Both the position numbers and the translations under genes were made by a program. A DNA stretch of 39,855 nt from Clostridium sp. GTDB taxonomy: Bacteria; Bacillota; Clostridia; Clostridiales; Clostridiaceae. The DNA lies in contig JAFNXG010000184.1 of the NCBI GenBank assembly GCA_017383505.1, forward strand, positions 1 to 39,855, read 5' to 3'. Shown here piece after piece: positions 21,046 to 30,500 of this stretch. The notes below the pieces were generated by a model that was given only the letters and a program-made list of their open reading frames with translations, had not been told where the DNA came from and did not search any database. Position 1 is the stretch's first letter, and each line of letters starts with the position of its first letter.

Positions 21046-21074
21046 ATTATATATTAAAATTTAAGGTATTTCAA
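21046..21074 (-). promoter_or_regulatory. Sigma-A promoter of rel and downstream genes
   Basis: TTGAAA-17-TATAAT. Confidence 0.7.
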
Positions 21075-21078
21075 TAAA

Positions 21079-21597
21079 TTAAATGTCATATTGTAGAAGT
21101 GACATTACTTCATATCCTTTTAATTTATCTCTTCCTTTTAATTCTGTTAATTCAATTGCAAAATCTAAAGCAACTACTTCTCCACCTGCAGCTTCTACAA
21201 GTCTAGTTACAGCTTCAATAGTTCCTCCAGTAGCTAATAAATCATCAACTATCGCTACTCTTTGCCCTTTTTTAATTGCATCTTTATGAATCTCTAATAC
21301 ATCTGTTCCATATTCTAAGTCATAACTAACTGATACTGTTTCAAATGGTAGTTTTCCTTTTTTTCTAACTGGTATAAATCCAACCCCTAAAGCATATGCA
21401 ACAGGAACTCCAAATATAAATCCTCTTGCTTCAGGTCCTAATATCACATCTACATTTTTATCTTTAAGATGTTCAGCAATTGCATCTATTGAATACTTAA
21501 AAGCTTCACCATCTCCAATTAAAGTAGTTATGTCTTTAAAGCTTATTCCTTCCTTTGGGAAATTTTCTATTATTCTTACACTCTTTTTTAGATCCAT
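21079..21597 (-). CDS. apt: Adenine phosphoribosyltransferase
   Basis: [28 protein letters not shown] and [10 protein letters not shown]. Confidence 0.98.
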   Translation of the reverse strand: MDLKKSVRIIENFPKEGISFKDITTLIGDGEAFKYSIDAIAEHLKDKNVDVILGPEARGFIFGVPVAYALGVGFIPVRKKGKLPFETVSVSYDLEYGTDVLEIHKDAIKKGQRVAIVDDLLATGGTIEAVTRLVEAAGGEVVALDFAIELTELKGRDKLKGYEVMSLLQYDI

Positions 21598-21656
21598 AAC
21601 AAATCCTCCATATATACTTATTCTGTATTTATCATAGTCACCTATTTTTAATTATA

Positions 21657-22511
21657 TTATATATGTTGTTTAGACTTATTTAAATACTTTGTTATTTGTT
21701 CAGCTCTTTCTTTTCTATTTGTTATCAACAATTCAATTATGATTCTAGCATTATCTGTCATAGTTACTACATTAATTGTTGGAGTAATAATATCTATAAT
21801 TTTATTAATACTATCATCATTTATATTAATCATGCCATAAGCATCCATAATAGATCTCAAGCCATAATTATTTGTATTTACTAAAAATTTCATACCCTCT
21901 TTTATAATAACACTATTCTCGCCCTTTTTAGGGGATTTGACCCATTTTTCACCTATTAATATTAAGTCCAAATACTTGTTTATACTTTTAATATTATAGT
22001 AAATTGCAATAGCTTGCATTAACTTAAATGTTAATCCGCTAATAGATAAATTTTTATATCTATATTGACATCCCTTTTGATTAGGATTTATATATAGGTA
22101 ATCATAACAATAATCTATGTCTTTATTTTCTATAACTATTAAATCTATACCAAGACTTTTACAAAGTTCTTCTTCTTCCTTCGAATTTAAATCTATTCCT
22201 AAAGCTATTAATAACTCTCCACCTAAAAAATGAACATTGTTTATTATATCCTTAGAGGTAATTTTAGTTTTACTTGAAGAATCATCATGGACTACGTATT
22301 CAATATCGGCATTTAAGTATTTCAAAACCAGTATAAGTGATGAAATAGCACATAATCCATCTACATTCGGTATCCCATAAACAACAATTTTTTTTCTATT
22401 ATTAATTGCTGATACCATATGCTCTATTGCTTTATTCATATCTTTAAGTATAAAGGGATTATAACCACTTATGTAATTTGGACTATATATACTTTCCCAA
22501 AACTTACGCAT
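21657..22511 (-). CDS. Short, degenerate RecJ/DHH-family protein
   Basis: P..LKDM.KA, KIVVYG...VDG, INP....C.Y..KNLS..G..FKL and N.GL..I segments align with the RecJ N-terminal half; catalytic motifs altered; ATG 22511 after GGAGG. Confidence 0.8.
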   Translation of the reverse strand: MRKFWESIYSPNYISGYNPFILKDMNKAIEHMVSAINNRKKIVVYGIPNVDGLCAISSLILVLKYLNADIEYVVHDDSSSKTKITSKDIINNVHFLGGELLIALGIDLNSKEEEELCKSLGIDLIVIENKDIDYCYDYLYINPNQKGCQYRYKNLSISGLTFKLMQAIAIYYNIKSINKYLDLILIGEKWVKSPKKGENSVIIKEGMKFLVNTNNYGLRSIMDAYGMININDDSINKIIDIITPTINVVTMTDNARIIIELLITNRKERAEQITKYLNKSKQHI

Positions 22512-22546
22512 GACAAACTCCTCCACAACAATAAGAAAACATATAT

Positions 22547-22575
22547 ATTATAATAGATAAATTGATATAATACAA
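22547..22575 (-). promoter_or_regulatory. Sigma-A promoter upstream of the RecJ-like gene and apt
   Basis: TTGTAT-17-TATAAT. Confidence 0.6.
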
Positions 22576-22667
22576 TTGTTTTCTGCAATTACTATCAAAT
22601 TATCCTATATATTATATCATTTTTATATATAATCCATTCTTCATATTACTTTTTTTACATATTATTC

Positions 22668-22700
22668 AAAAAGAAGTAGAATCACTTCTACTTCTTTTTT
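22668..22700 (-). terminator. secDF terminator
   Basis: aaaaagaagtagaa-tcac-ttctacttcttttt. Confidence 0.8.
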
Positions 22701-22715
22701 ATATTCTTTCAAGCC

Positions 22716-23579
22716 TTAAGCTGTTTTTACTTTTTTATTTCTTTCTTTTAGTAATACCCAAATTGGAGATGCTATAAATATTGAAGAATATGCTCCTGCA
22801 GCAATACCAACTAATAACGGGAATGAGAATTCTCTAACTGTTGGAACAAATATATTTACTGCTCCAATAATTATTAAAGTTGTTAATGACGTATTAATAG
22901 TTCTAGCTAAAGTTTTATTAATACTTATATTAGCTATCTCAGTCGGAGTACTTCTTCTCATCTTTTTACTATTTTCTCTTATTCTATCGAAAACAACTAT
23001 AGTGTCATTAATTGAATATCCTACAATTGTTAACATTGCAGCTATAAATGAATTATTTACTGGAATATCAAATATCGCATAAACTGCTAAAGTTATAAGA
23101 ACATCATGTACTAATGCTAATATTGCAGCTATACCAAATTTGAACTCAAATCTTATTGCTATATAAATAAGCATTGCTATACATGCAACTACCACTGCTA
23201 TTACTGCATTTCTAGTTAATTCTTTTCCAATTGTTGGCCCTATTAATGTTTGAGACACTAAAGCTTTATCTTCTAAAGAAAACTTTTCTTTTAATGCATC
23301 AAATAATTCTGATGTTGATGTTTCATCTAATTTAGTAGATTTAATTTCATATTGAGTTTTTTCTACAACTTTTGTTGCTGCATCCTCTGCATACTCTTTT
23401 ACTATTTTATCAGCTTCTACTTTATCAAAATCTTTACCAAAATCAACAACTATTTTAGTACCACCTTTAAAGTCAATACCAAAGTTTAATCCTTTAGTTG
23501 CCATTAAAACTAAACCAACTAATATAATTACTAGGGATATTGAAAACCAAACTTTTGTCTTTTCTATTACTTTAAACAT
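22716..23579 (-). CDS. secF: Protein translocase subunit SecF
   Basis: GIDFKGGT, YIAIRF, LVHDV and GYSINDTIVVFDRIREN. Confidence 0.97.
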   Translation of the reverse strand: MFKVIEKTKVWFSISLVIILVGLVLMATKGLNFGIDFKGGTKIVVDFGKDFDKVEADKIVKEYAEDAATKVVEKTQYEIKSTKLDETSTSELFDALKEKFSLEDKALVSQTLIGPTIGKELTRNAVIAVVVACIAMLIYIAIRFEFKFGIAAILALVHDVLITLAVYAIFDIPVNNSFIAAMLTIVGYSINDTIVVFDRIRENSKKMRRSTPTEIANISINKTLARTINTSLTTLIIIGAVNIFVPTVREFSFPLLVGIAAGAYSSIFIASPIWVLLKERNKKVKTA

Positions 23580-23583
23580 ATCA

Positions 23584-24837
23584 TTACCCCCTCTTTACTC
23601 TAAACTGCCAATTAGACTTTAACATTCCCATATTAACAGCCCACTTCATTAGTGTTCTAGTTACTACTACAGCAGTAAACATACTTACTACGATACCAAT
23701 CATTAAAGTTACAGCGAAACCTTTTACACTACCAGTACCAATAAAATAAAGCACAAGTGCAGCTATAATAGTAGTTACATTTGAATCTATTATTGATGTT
23801 AATGCATTATTAAATCCAGTATCAACAGCTGTTTTTACTGACATTCCATTTTTTAGTTCTTCTTTAATTCTCTCAAATATAAGTACATTAGCATCAACAG
23901 CCATACCCACTGTTAAAAGGAAAGCTGCAATTCCTGGAAGTGTTAAAGCAACATCTGCTTCAACGAACACTAGTAATACTAAACATACATATAAAGTTAA
24001 GGCTATACTTGCAATAGCTCCTGGAACTCTATAATAAATTATCATAAATAAGAATATAATAGCTATTCCTATTATTCCTGCTTTAACTGCATTTGGTAAT
24101 GCTTCTGCACCTAATTGTGCTCCAACATTTTCAATTTGAACCGCTTTTACTGTTACAGGAAGTGCACCTGCATTAATTAATCCTGCTAGTTCTTTTGCTT
24201 CATCTAAGCTACGGCTTCCTGATATAATCGCATTACCGTCTGTTATAACAGCATCTACTGTTGGACTTGATATTTCTTCATCATCCATGTAAATAGAAAT
24301 TGTTTTATTTAAATTTGCCTCTGTTGCTTCTGCAAATTTAGCTGTTCCATCTTTTGTTAATTTTAAAGATACAACTGGAGAATTAGTAGTATTATCTATT
24401 ACAACACTAGCTTCTTCTACATCTGAGCCATTTAAAACTTCATTTCCTTCAGAATCTTTAAATGTTAAATTTCCTGTTTTTGATAAACTATCAACTAATT
24501 CTTTTGAATCATATTCACCAGGAATTTCAACTCTAATTCTTCTATCTCCTTCTACTGATACTGTAGTTTCAGCAACACCTAACTTATTAACTCTTAAATC
24601 AATAAGTTGTCTTGTTTTTTCTAAATCCTCTTTGGAAACATTTTCATCTTGTATTTCCATTAACACAGAAACTCCACCTTGCAGGTCTAGCCCCTTAGTA
24701 ATAGCATTATTGAATGATTTAAATTCCCATCCCGCTATTTCAACACCTTTAGCACCAGCAAATGCAAATGCAACTATAATAATAAATGTTAAAATAAATA
24801 ATATAGCGCTTCTTACTTTTGTTTGCCCTCTTTTCAT
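23584..24837 (-). CDS. secD: Protein translocase subunit SecD
   Basis: GLDLQGG, GALP, LTLPGIA, GMAVDANVLIFERIKEE and DSNVTT. Confidence 0.97.
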   Translation of the reverse strand: MKRGQTKVRSAILFILTFIIIVAFAFAGAKGVEIAGWEFKSFNNAITKGLDLQGGVSVLMEIQDENVSKEDLEKTRQLIDLRVNKLGVAETTVSVEGDRRIRVEIPGEYDSKELVDSLSKTGNLTFKDSEGNEVLNGSDVEEASVVIDNTTNSPVVSLKLTKDGTAKFAEATEANLNKTISIYMDDEEISSPTVDAVITDGNAIISGSRSLDEAKELAGLINAGALPVTVKAVQIENVGAQLGAEALPNAVKAGIIGIAIIFLFMIIYYRVPGAIASIALTLYVCLVLLVFVEADVALTLPGIAAFLLTVGMAVDANVLIFERIKEELKNGMSVKTAVDTGFNNALTSIIDSNVTTIIAALVLYFIGTGSVKGFAVTLMIGIVVSMFTAVVVTRTLMKWAVNMGMLKSNWQFRVKRG

Positions 24838-24873
24838 ACTTTTCCCCCTTTTGTAATTTCATATATCACATTA

Positions 24874-24902
24874 ATTATATTATGTATACCTTCCAATATC
24901 AA
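24874..24902 (-). promoter_or_regulatory. Sigma-A promoter of secD
   Basis: TTGATA-17-TATAAT. Confidence 0.7.
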
Positions 24903-24982
24903 GTAATATTAATGTTTTATACATTTTTTACATTTATTTTTATTTTTTCTCTATTGATATTCATATTTCATCATTATTAAAC

Positions 24983-27166
24983 TTATTTATTAAAATTTTT
25001 CAAAAGTTCTGCAAAAGGATTGTCGTTTATCTCTTCTGCTTCTTTTTGCATTTTCTTCATTATTCTTTGTGTTTCTCTTTTGTCTATCTTACCCTTCTTA
25101 TCAAATCTTTTTTCGAATACAGATGCTTTTTCTCTAAAATTACAAGTTGCTCCAGTACAAATATATATCTTACCTTCTCCTTGTCCTCTAAGCTCTAATT
25201 TCTTTTTACATTCAGGACATCTAGCATTAGTTAATCTAGAAATATTTTCTCTATATCCACACTCTCTATCTTGACAAACATTCATAGTTCCATTCTTACC
25301 TTTAACCTCTAAAAGGTATTTTCCACAATTAGGACATTTTTTTCCTGTCTTATTATCATGAACAAATTTACTATTTGCAGACTTTACATCCTCAACAAGA
25401 GCTACAGAATAATTTTTCATTTCCCTAATAAAACTATTCCAATTTGTTTTTCCTTTTGCTATCTCATCTAACTGTCTTTCCCACTTTGCAGTTAATAATG
25501 GTGACTTTAAATCATTAGGAACTAATTCTATAAGTTGCTTTCCTTTTGATGTAGGAATTATATCTTTCCCTTTCTTTTCAATAACAAATGAATTAAATAA
25601 TTTCTCTATTATATCAGCTCTAGTCGCAACTGTTCCAAGACCTCCCGTTTCTCCTAAAGTCTTAGCAGCATCTTTTCCTACATTAATATATTTATGTGGA
25701 TTCTCCATAGCTGATAAAAGAGTACCTTCATTAAATCTTGCTGGTGGTTTAGTTTCTCCTTTAACTAAAGAAACATTTTCTATGGTAAACTTATCTCCTT
25801 TATTAATTTTAGGTAAAACTTGTTCTTTTATATCCTCTTCTATAGAATCTTCTGTTACCTTATCATAAAGTTTTTTCCATCCTTTAGATGAAATCACTTT
25901 ACCTTTAGCTATAAACATTTCATTTTCAACTTTACCTTCTATTGTTGTCTGAACATATTCAAATGGAGGTAATAAAACACTTAAAAATCTCTTAACTACT
26001 AAGTCATAAATCTTTCTTTCCTCTGAACTTAGGCTACTAAGGTTTGGTTTTTCTTCTGTTGGAATAATTGCATGATGATCACTAACCTTTGAATTATCTA
26101 CAAATGATTTGTTAGAATTTATTTTTTTCTTTAATATTTCATCTGCAAAAACTCTATATTCTCCTATAGCAACAGCTTTAAGTCTATCTGCTATAGTAGC
26201 TACCATATCAGTAGTAATATATCTGGAATCTGTTCTCGGATAAGTTAATATTTTATAATTCTCATAAAGTCTTTGCATTATATTTAAAGTTTGCTTTGCA
26301 GAATATCCAAATATTTTATTAGCATCTCTCTGAAGCTCAGTTAAATCATAAAGAGCTGGAGAAAACTTTTTCTTATTTACAGAATTGATATTTACTATTT
26401 CCCCTTCTGCCTTATTTATTTTATCTGTAATCTTCTTCGCAAATTCTTCATCAAAAATTCTAGTATTTTTATCTTTATTTACCCAAGTTAAACTATAATT
26501 CTTTGTCTTTGCATTTATTGTATAATATGACTTAGGTTTAAAGTTTCTAATTTCTTCTTCTCTTTGCACTATCATAGCAAGTGTTGGAGATTGAACTCTT
26601 CCAGCTGACAACTGAGCATTATATTTACAAGTTAAAGCTCTGGTAACATTAAGTCCAACTAACCAGTCAGCCTCAGCCCTACAAACTGCAGCTCTATATA
26701 AATTCTCATACTCTTTTCCATCTTTTAAATTCTTAAATCCATCTAATATAGCTTTTTCTGTTTGTGATGAAATCCACAATCTTTTAAGAGGTTTGTTTAC
26801 TCCTGCCTTTTCTATAATCCATCTTGCAACAAGCTCACCTTCTCTACCAGCATCTGTTGCAATAACAATCTCGCTAACATCAGCTCTATTCATAAGCTTC
26901 TTTACCTCATTAAATTGTTTACCTGTCTTTTTTAATACTACTAGCTTCATATGCTTTGGTAACATTGGAAGTGTTTCCATTTTCCATTCTTTATATTTAT
27001 TATCATATCCCTCAGGATCCATAAGCCCTACCAAGTGACCCATTGCCCAAGTTATAACATATTTACTACCTTCTATATATGAACCCTTATTATTATTGCA
27101 TTTTAAAACTTTTGCTAAATCTCTTCCTACTGATGGCTTTTCTGCCAGCACTAAAATCTTACTCAT
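24983..27166 (-). CDS. topB: DNA topoisomerase III (type IA) with C-terminal Zn ribbons
   Basis: LAEKPS, ATDAGREGE, SAGRVQSP, LTYPRTD, GLGT.ATRA and CxxC repeats. Confidence 0.93.
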   Translation of the reverse strand: MSKILVLAEKPSVGRDLAKVLKCNNNKGSYIEGSKYVITWAMGHLVGLMDPEGYDNKYKEWKMETLPMLPKHMKLVVLKKTGKQFNEVKKLMNRADVSEIVIATDAGREGELVARWIIEKAGVNKPLKRLWISSQTEKAILDGFKNLKDGKEYENLYRAAVCRAEADWLVGLNVTRALTCKYNAQLSAGRVQSPTLAMIVQREEEIRNFKPKSYYTINAKTKNYSLTWVNKDKNTRIFDEEFAKKITDKINKAEGEIVNINSVNKKKFSPALYDLTELQRDANKIFGYSAKQTLNIMQRLYENYKILTYPRTDSRYITTDMVATIADRLKAVAIGEYRVFADEILKKKINSNKSFVDNSKVSDHHAIIPTEEKPNLSSLSSEERKIYDLVVKRFLSVLLPPFEYVQTTIEGKVENEMFIAKGKVISSKGWKKLYDKVTEDSIEEDIKEQVLPKINKGDKFTIENVSLVKGETKPPARFNEGTLLSAMENPHKYINVGKDAAKTLGETGGLGTVATRADIIEKLFNSFVIEKKGKDIIPTSKGKQLIELVPNDLKSPLLTAKWERQLDEIAKGKTNWNSFIREMKNYSVALVEDVKSANSKFVHDNKTGKKCPNCGKYLLEVKGKNGTMNVCQDRECGYRENISRLTNARCPECKKKLELRGQGEGKIYICTGATCNFREKASVFEKRFDKKGKIDKRETQRIMKKMQKEAEEINDNPFAELLKNFNK

Positions 27167-27261
27167 GTCTTCTCCTTTTCATTTAGGAATTTTCTACTTA
27201 TTATATCACACTTTTCTAAAGTACTAATAAATATTTTTAATTACTATTCTAATAACTAGAC

Positions 27262-27720
27262 TTAATAGTAAAACTCTATTCCGTTATCCTTACACCACTT
27301 AATAGCTATATTTTTCTCAGCATCTTCTCTAAAGTCATACCACTTACTGATAAATCCTGCATTTTCAATAGCTTCTCTAAGTTCTCTAAAATTATCTCTC
27401 TTTTCTAAGATATTATTTTTCACTTGATTATCTTCAATTAACTCACAAAACTCTATCATCATTCCATGCTCATTAATCTCATTATAAGTTGGAAGTTGAA
27501 TATATTTATCTCTATTTTCTTTAAAGTCATTAAGTGCCGTAATAAGTTCTCTCTCCCACTCTTCAAAGCTATCAAGATTATTAATATCTTCAGCTTTATA
27601 GTTAGATGTACTTGAATCTTCAATATAAATTATAACTCCAGTTTCCTTATTATAATAATGAGTTAAAAGTTCTCCCTCAAACTCAATACATTCTATAACA
27701 TCATTTAAATTTATTTTCAT
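27262..27720 (-). CDS. UPF0158-like protein
   Basis: YYN.ETG, YI.LP...E...M.EF and WY.FR......A..W...NGI pattern recalled for UPF0158. Confidence 0.7.
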   Translation of the reverse strand: MKINLNDVIECIEFEGELLTHYYNKETGVIIYIEDSSTSNYKAEDINNLDSFEEWERELITALNDFKENRDKYIQLPTYNEINEHGMMIEFCELIEDNQVKNNILEKRDNFRELREAIENAGFISKWYDFREDAEKNIAIKWCKDNGIEFYY

Positions 27721-27742
27721 TTATGTTTCCTCACTTTATTTT

Positions 27743-28045
27743 TTAAAATATATATGTCATATTTTGTGGTTCATAATATGATAGTCCATGCTTTTTTGCC
27801 ATTATTGGAATAATATCATTTAAATACTCAGCATCTTCTAACATTGCTCCAATAATAACAAATCCTTTTCCCTTTTCAATTTGAATATTAAGTTTATTAG
27901 AAGTTACCTCTTTATAAAATATATCTATTAAATCTATATCTCCAACAAGCGAAGTATTACCTTCACAAAGCATTTCATATAAAACTTGCGCTCCTGCAGC
28001 ACTGCTTACACTATCACTATTCCACACTGCACAATACCAATCCAT
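27743..28045 (-). CDS. Hypothetical protein, 100 aa
   Basis: ORF with AAGGGG RBS; C-terminal A.KHGL..YEPQ. Confidence 0.75.
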   Translation of the reverse strand: MDWYCAVWNSDSVSSAAGAQVLYEMLCEGNTSLVGDIDLIDIFYKEVTSNKLNIQIEKGKGFVIIGAMLEDAEYLNDIIPIMAKKHGLSYYEPQNMTYIF

Positions 28046-28301
28046 TTATTTTCCCCTTTATTTTAATATTTATTTCTTCTAAAAAATTATTTTTTACATT
28101 TCTTTTATTATAACAAATCATATAATTTTTTCTATAAACTTATATAATTTTATCATTTTCCATTTATTATCATTTACGAGTATATTATTTACGTGTATTA
28201 TAATATTAAGCTCATTTAATTTGAATCTTAATTTATATGTATTTTTTATAATTTACTAGGCCATAATATGATTGTAAAGAGATTTCAAAAACTTCTCTTT
28301 T

Positions 28302-28352
28302 AAAAAGAAATGATATTTTCATTGCTCTTATGAAGATACCATTTCTTTTTTT
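28302..28352. terminator. Orphan terminator-like hairpin with the longer U-tract on the + strand
   Basis: aaaaagaaatgatattttcat-tgctctt-atgaagataccatttcttttt followed by ttcttttctt. Confidence 0.55.
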
Positions 28353-28400
28353 CTTTTCTTAATATACTTTTAAATTAAATGAACTTATTATTTAACAAAT

Positions 28401-28437
28401 AAAAAAAACAGAATGCATCTACTAAAGATACATTCTC
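28401..28437 (-). terminator. Terminator after the 27-aa ORF (and MATE)
   Basis: AGAAUGUAUCU-UUAGU-AGAUGCAUUCU followed by G and U8. Confidence 0.8.
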
Positions 28438-28451
28438 TTTCACATAATTAA

Positions 28452-28535
28452 TTATTGACTTTCAGAATTATTAACTATTTTTGTTTTTGCTTTTTTATTT
28501 TGCTTAGGTTTTTTTTCATTTCTATTTTTAGCCAA
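28452..28535 (-). CDS. Small basic peptide, 27 aa (MAKNRNEKKPKQNKKAKTKIVNNSESQ), possible minor spore protein; absent from the ORF track
   Basis: Read by hand: GAGAGGAG RBS, TTG start, sigmaG/F-like promoter upstream, terminator downstream. Confidence 0.6.
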   Translation of the reverse strand: MAKNRNEKKPKQNKKAKTKIVNNSESQ

Positions 28536-28584
28536 AATTACTTCTCCTCTCTTAAATAAGATATAAACTTTTTAAAGTTATATT

Positions 28585-28614
28585 TAGTTTTGTCCTACTC
28601 TAAGAAAAGAATAC
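28585..28614 (-). promoter_or_regulatory. SigG/SigF-like forespore promoter
   Basis: GTATT-N18-AAAACTA, with GGAC preceding the -10 element. Confidence 0.45.
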
Positions 28615-28640
28615 TAGTAATTCTATCCACTTCTTCCACT

Positions 28641-30011
28641 CTAAGCTTCTTTTACTTCAAAATCTCTAGTAACATTTCTTACCCATTTTCCACTTAAAAC
28701 TCTTATTGTTGCAATTATCGATTTTATTATTTCATCACTTTTTACAACAAAAAATACTGCTGCAATTGGCCACTTTAATACAAATGCTGTTAAAAATCCA
28801 CATGGAATTGCTACAAGCCATAGGAATATAATATCATTTACAAGAACAAATTTTGCATCTCCTCCACCTCTTAAAACTCCCATCATTAAAGTAATACCAA
28901 AACTTTGGAATATTACTATAATAGACATAGAATTCATAATTTGAATAGCTATATCTTTAGTAGCCTGAGATACATTATAAAAATCAACAACTATAGGTCT
29001 TATTAACAAGATAACAACTCCCGCCATAATACCCATTAAAATACTTAATACTCCAACAGTTCTTGAATACTCTTTAGCTTTTTCATTTTTACCTTCACCT
29101 ATTGTATTTCCTATTATTACTGCTGTAGCATTTGAAAGTCCAAATATAAATACAGTTACAAACTGGAATACAACATTACTTATACTATTTGCTGCAACTG
29201 TTTCGGTACCAAGTCTTCCTATTATTATCGAAATCATTGTAGAACCTGTTGACCATAAAAACTCATTAAATAGTACAGGTGTACAATTAACCATAAAATC
29301 TTTTAATATAATTTTATCTACTTTTAATAAATGTTTTGCTCTTAAACATATTTTATTTTCATATTTAACCATGAAAATAATCACTATTAAAAACTCAACT
29401 ATTCTAGCCATAACAGTTGCAATAGCTGCACCTTTCACTCCTAGAGCTGGTACTCCAAACTTACCAAATATAAATATGTAGTTAAATATTGCATTAACCA
29501 TTAATGATACACTATAAACAACTAATGATATTTTAACTGTTTTTACTGATCTAAGCATCATTATTGTAGCATTAGTTAAAGCGTAAAATATATATCCAAT
29601 TGAGATAATTCTTAAATATATTGCCCCTTCTTCTATAACTCTTATATCAGAAGTATATATCCTCATAAATTCTTCTGGTAGTATAGTTGCTATAGCTACA
29701 AATACAGCTACAATTATTATGCATGCTCTATACATTATAGAAAGTATTTTATGTATTGTATTAACATCACCCTTTCCCCAATATTGAGATATTAATATAT
29801 TTGACCCTCCAGCTAGTCCAAATATTAATACTGTTAAAATAAAAAATAAATTATTCCCAATTGATGCTGCTGATAATTGCACTTCACCTAGTGCTCCTAG
29901 CATCATAGTGTCTATTAGACTTACAGAAAAAGTTATAAGATTCTGTATCGCAATTGGTAATGCTATGCTTAAAATTAACTTATAAAAATTTCTTTCTCTA
30001 CTTATTAGCAT
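28641..30011 (-). CDS. MATE family efflux transporter
   Basis: ALPIAIQNL, DTMMLG.LG, ISQYWG, FIFG.FG.P.LGVKGAAIAT and GVLRGGGD; about 12 TM helices. Confidence 0.95.
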   Translation of the reverse strand: MLISRERNFYKLILSIALPIAIQNLITFSVSLIDTMMLGALGEVQLSAASIGNNLFFILTVLIFGLAGGSNILISQYWGKGDVNTIHKILSIMYRACIIIVAVFVAIATILPEEFMRIYTSDIRVIEEGAIYLRIISIGYIFYALTNATIMMLRSVKTVKISLVVYSVSLMVNAIFNYIFIFGKFGVPALGVKGAAIATVMARIVEFLIVIIFMVKYENKICLRAKHLLKVDKIILKDFMVNCTPVLFNEFLWSTGSTMISIIIGRLGTETVAANSISNVVFQFVTVFIFGLSNATAVIIGNTIGEGKNEKAKEYSRTVGVLSILMGIMAGVVILLIRPIVVDFYNVSQATKDIAIQIMNSMSIIVIFQSFGITLMMGVLRGGGDAKFVLVNDIIFLWLVAIPCGFLTAFVLKWPIAAVFFVVKSDEIIKSIIATIRVLSGKWVRNVTRDFEVKEA

Positions 30012-30104
30012 TATTTCTCTCCCATTCTATTAGTAAAAATCTTTCTTTATACATATATCATATTTATGATATAACTTCTATAGTAATATGGAATTTTATC
30101 ACAT

Positions 30105-30136
30105 AAAAAAAGAACTCCTTTAAGAGTTCTTTTTTA
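30105..30136 (-). terminator. Terminator after the small Cys-rich ORF
   Basis: aaaaaagaactc-ctttaa-gagttctttttt. Confidence 0.8.
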
Positions 30137-30298
30137 ATCATCACTACATACACAAATTGAATGTTGAAGTTCTATGTATTCTTCTTTACTTAAAGTTTTT
30201 AAATATTCATCACAGTGCTTCTCTACACAAAACTTTCCTATTTTATTTTCATAGAAATTTTTTTCTAAAGCTTTTTTACAAAATAGACATTTTGTCAT
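30134..30298 (-). CDS. Small Cys-rich putative metal-binding protein, 54 aa (MTKCLFCKKALEKNFYENKIGKFCVEKHCDEYLKTLSKEEYIELQHSICVCSDD); absent from the ORF track
   Basis: Read by hand: GAGGAG RBS in the last codons of the upstream gene; ends at the terminator; CxxC, FCxxxHC and CxC motifs. Confidence 0.8.
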   Translation of the reverse strand: MTKCLFCKKALEKNFYENKIGKFCVEKHCDEYLKTLSKEEYIELQHSICVCSDD

Positions 30299-30302
30299 TT
30301 AT

Positions 30303-30500
30303 CTACTCCTCATATAAGTTATCTTCGATAATTTTATTAGCTAAAATCCCTATATTAACTTCTCTTGTATCCATATAAACATCTATAATTCTATCTACTA
30401 AAGTTACTTCAACATACTCTATTAACTTTCCATCTTCATCTTTATATTTAATAATATCGTATGTTATAATATCCTCTTTAAGTTGTTTTTTGCTAATCAT
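30303..30500 (-). CDS. Small acidic hypothetical protein, 65 aa
   Basis: AAGGAGG RBS; TGnTATAAT upstream. Confidence 0.8.
   Translation of the reverse strand: MISKKQLKEDIITYDIIKYKDEDGKLIEYVEVTLVDRIIDVYMDTREVNIGILANKIIEDNLYEE

Noticed and set aside
28247-28535. Type I toxin-antitoxin pair (27-aa peptide plus convergent sRNA)
   Set aside because: The peptide is hydrophilic and the predicted transcripts do not overlap
30157-30378. 73-aa + strand ORF
   Set aside because: Antisense to the better-supported 65-aa and 54-aa minus-strand ORFs
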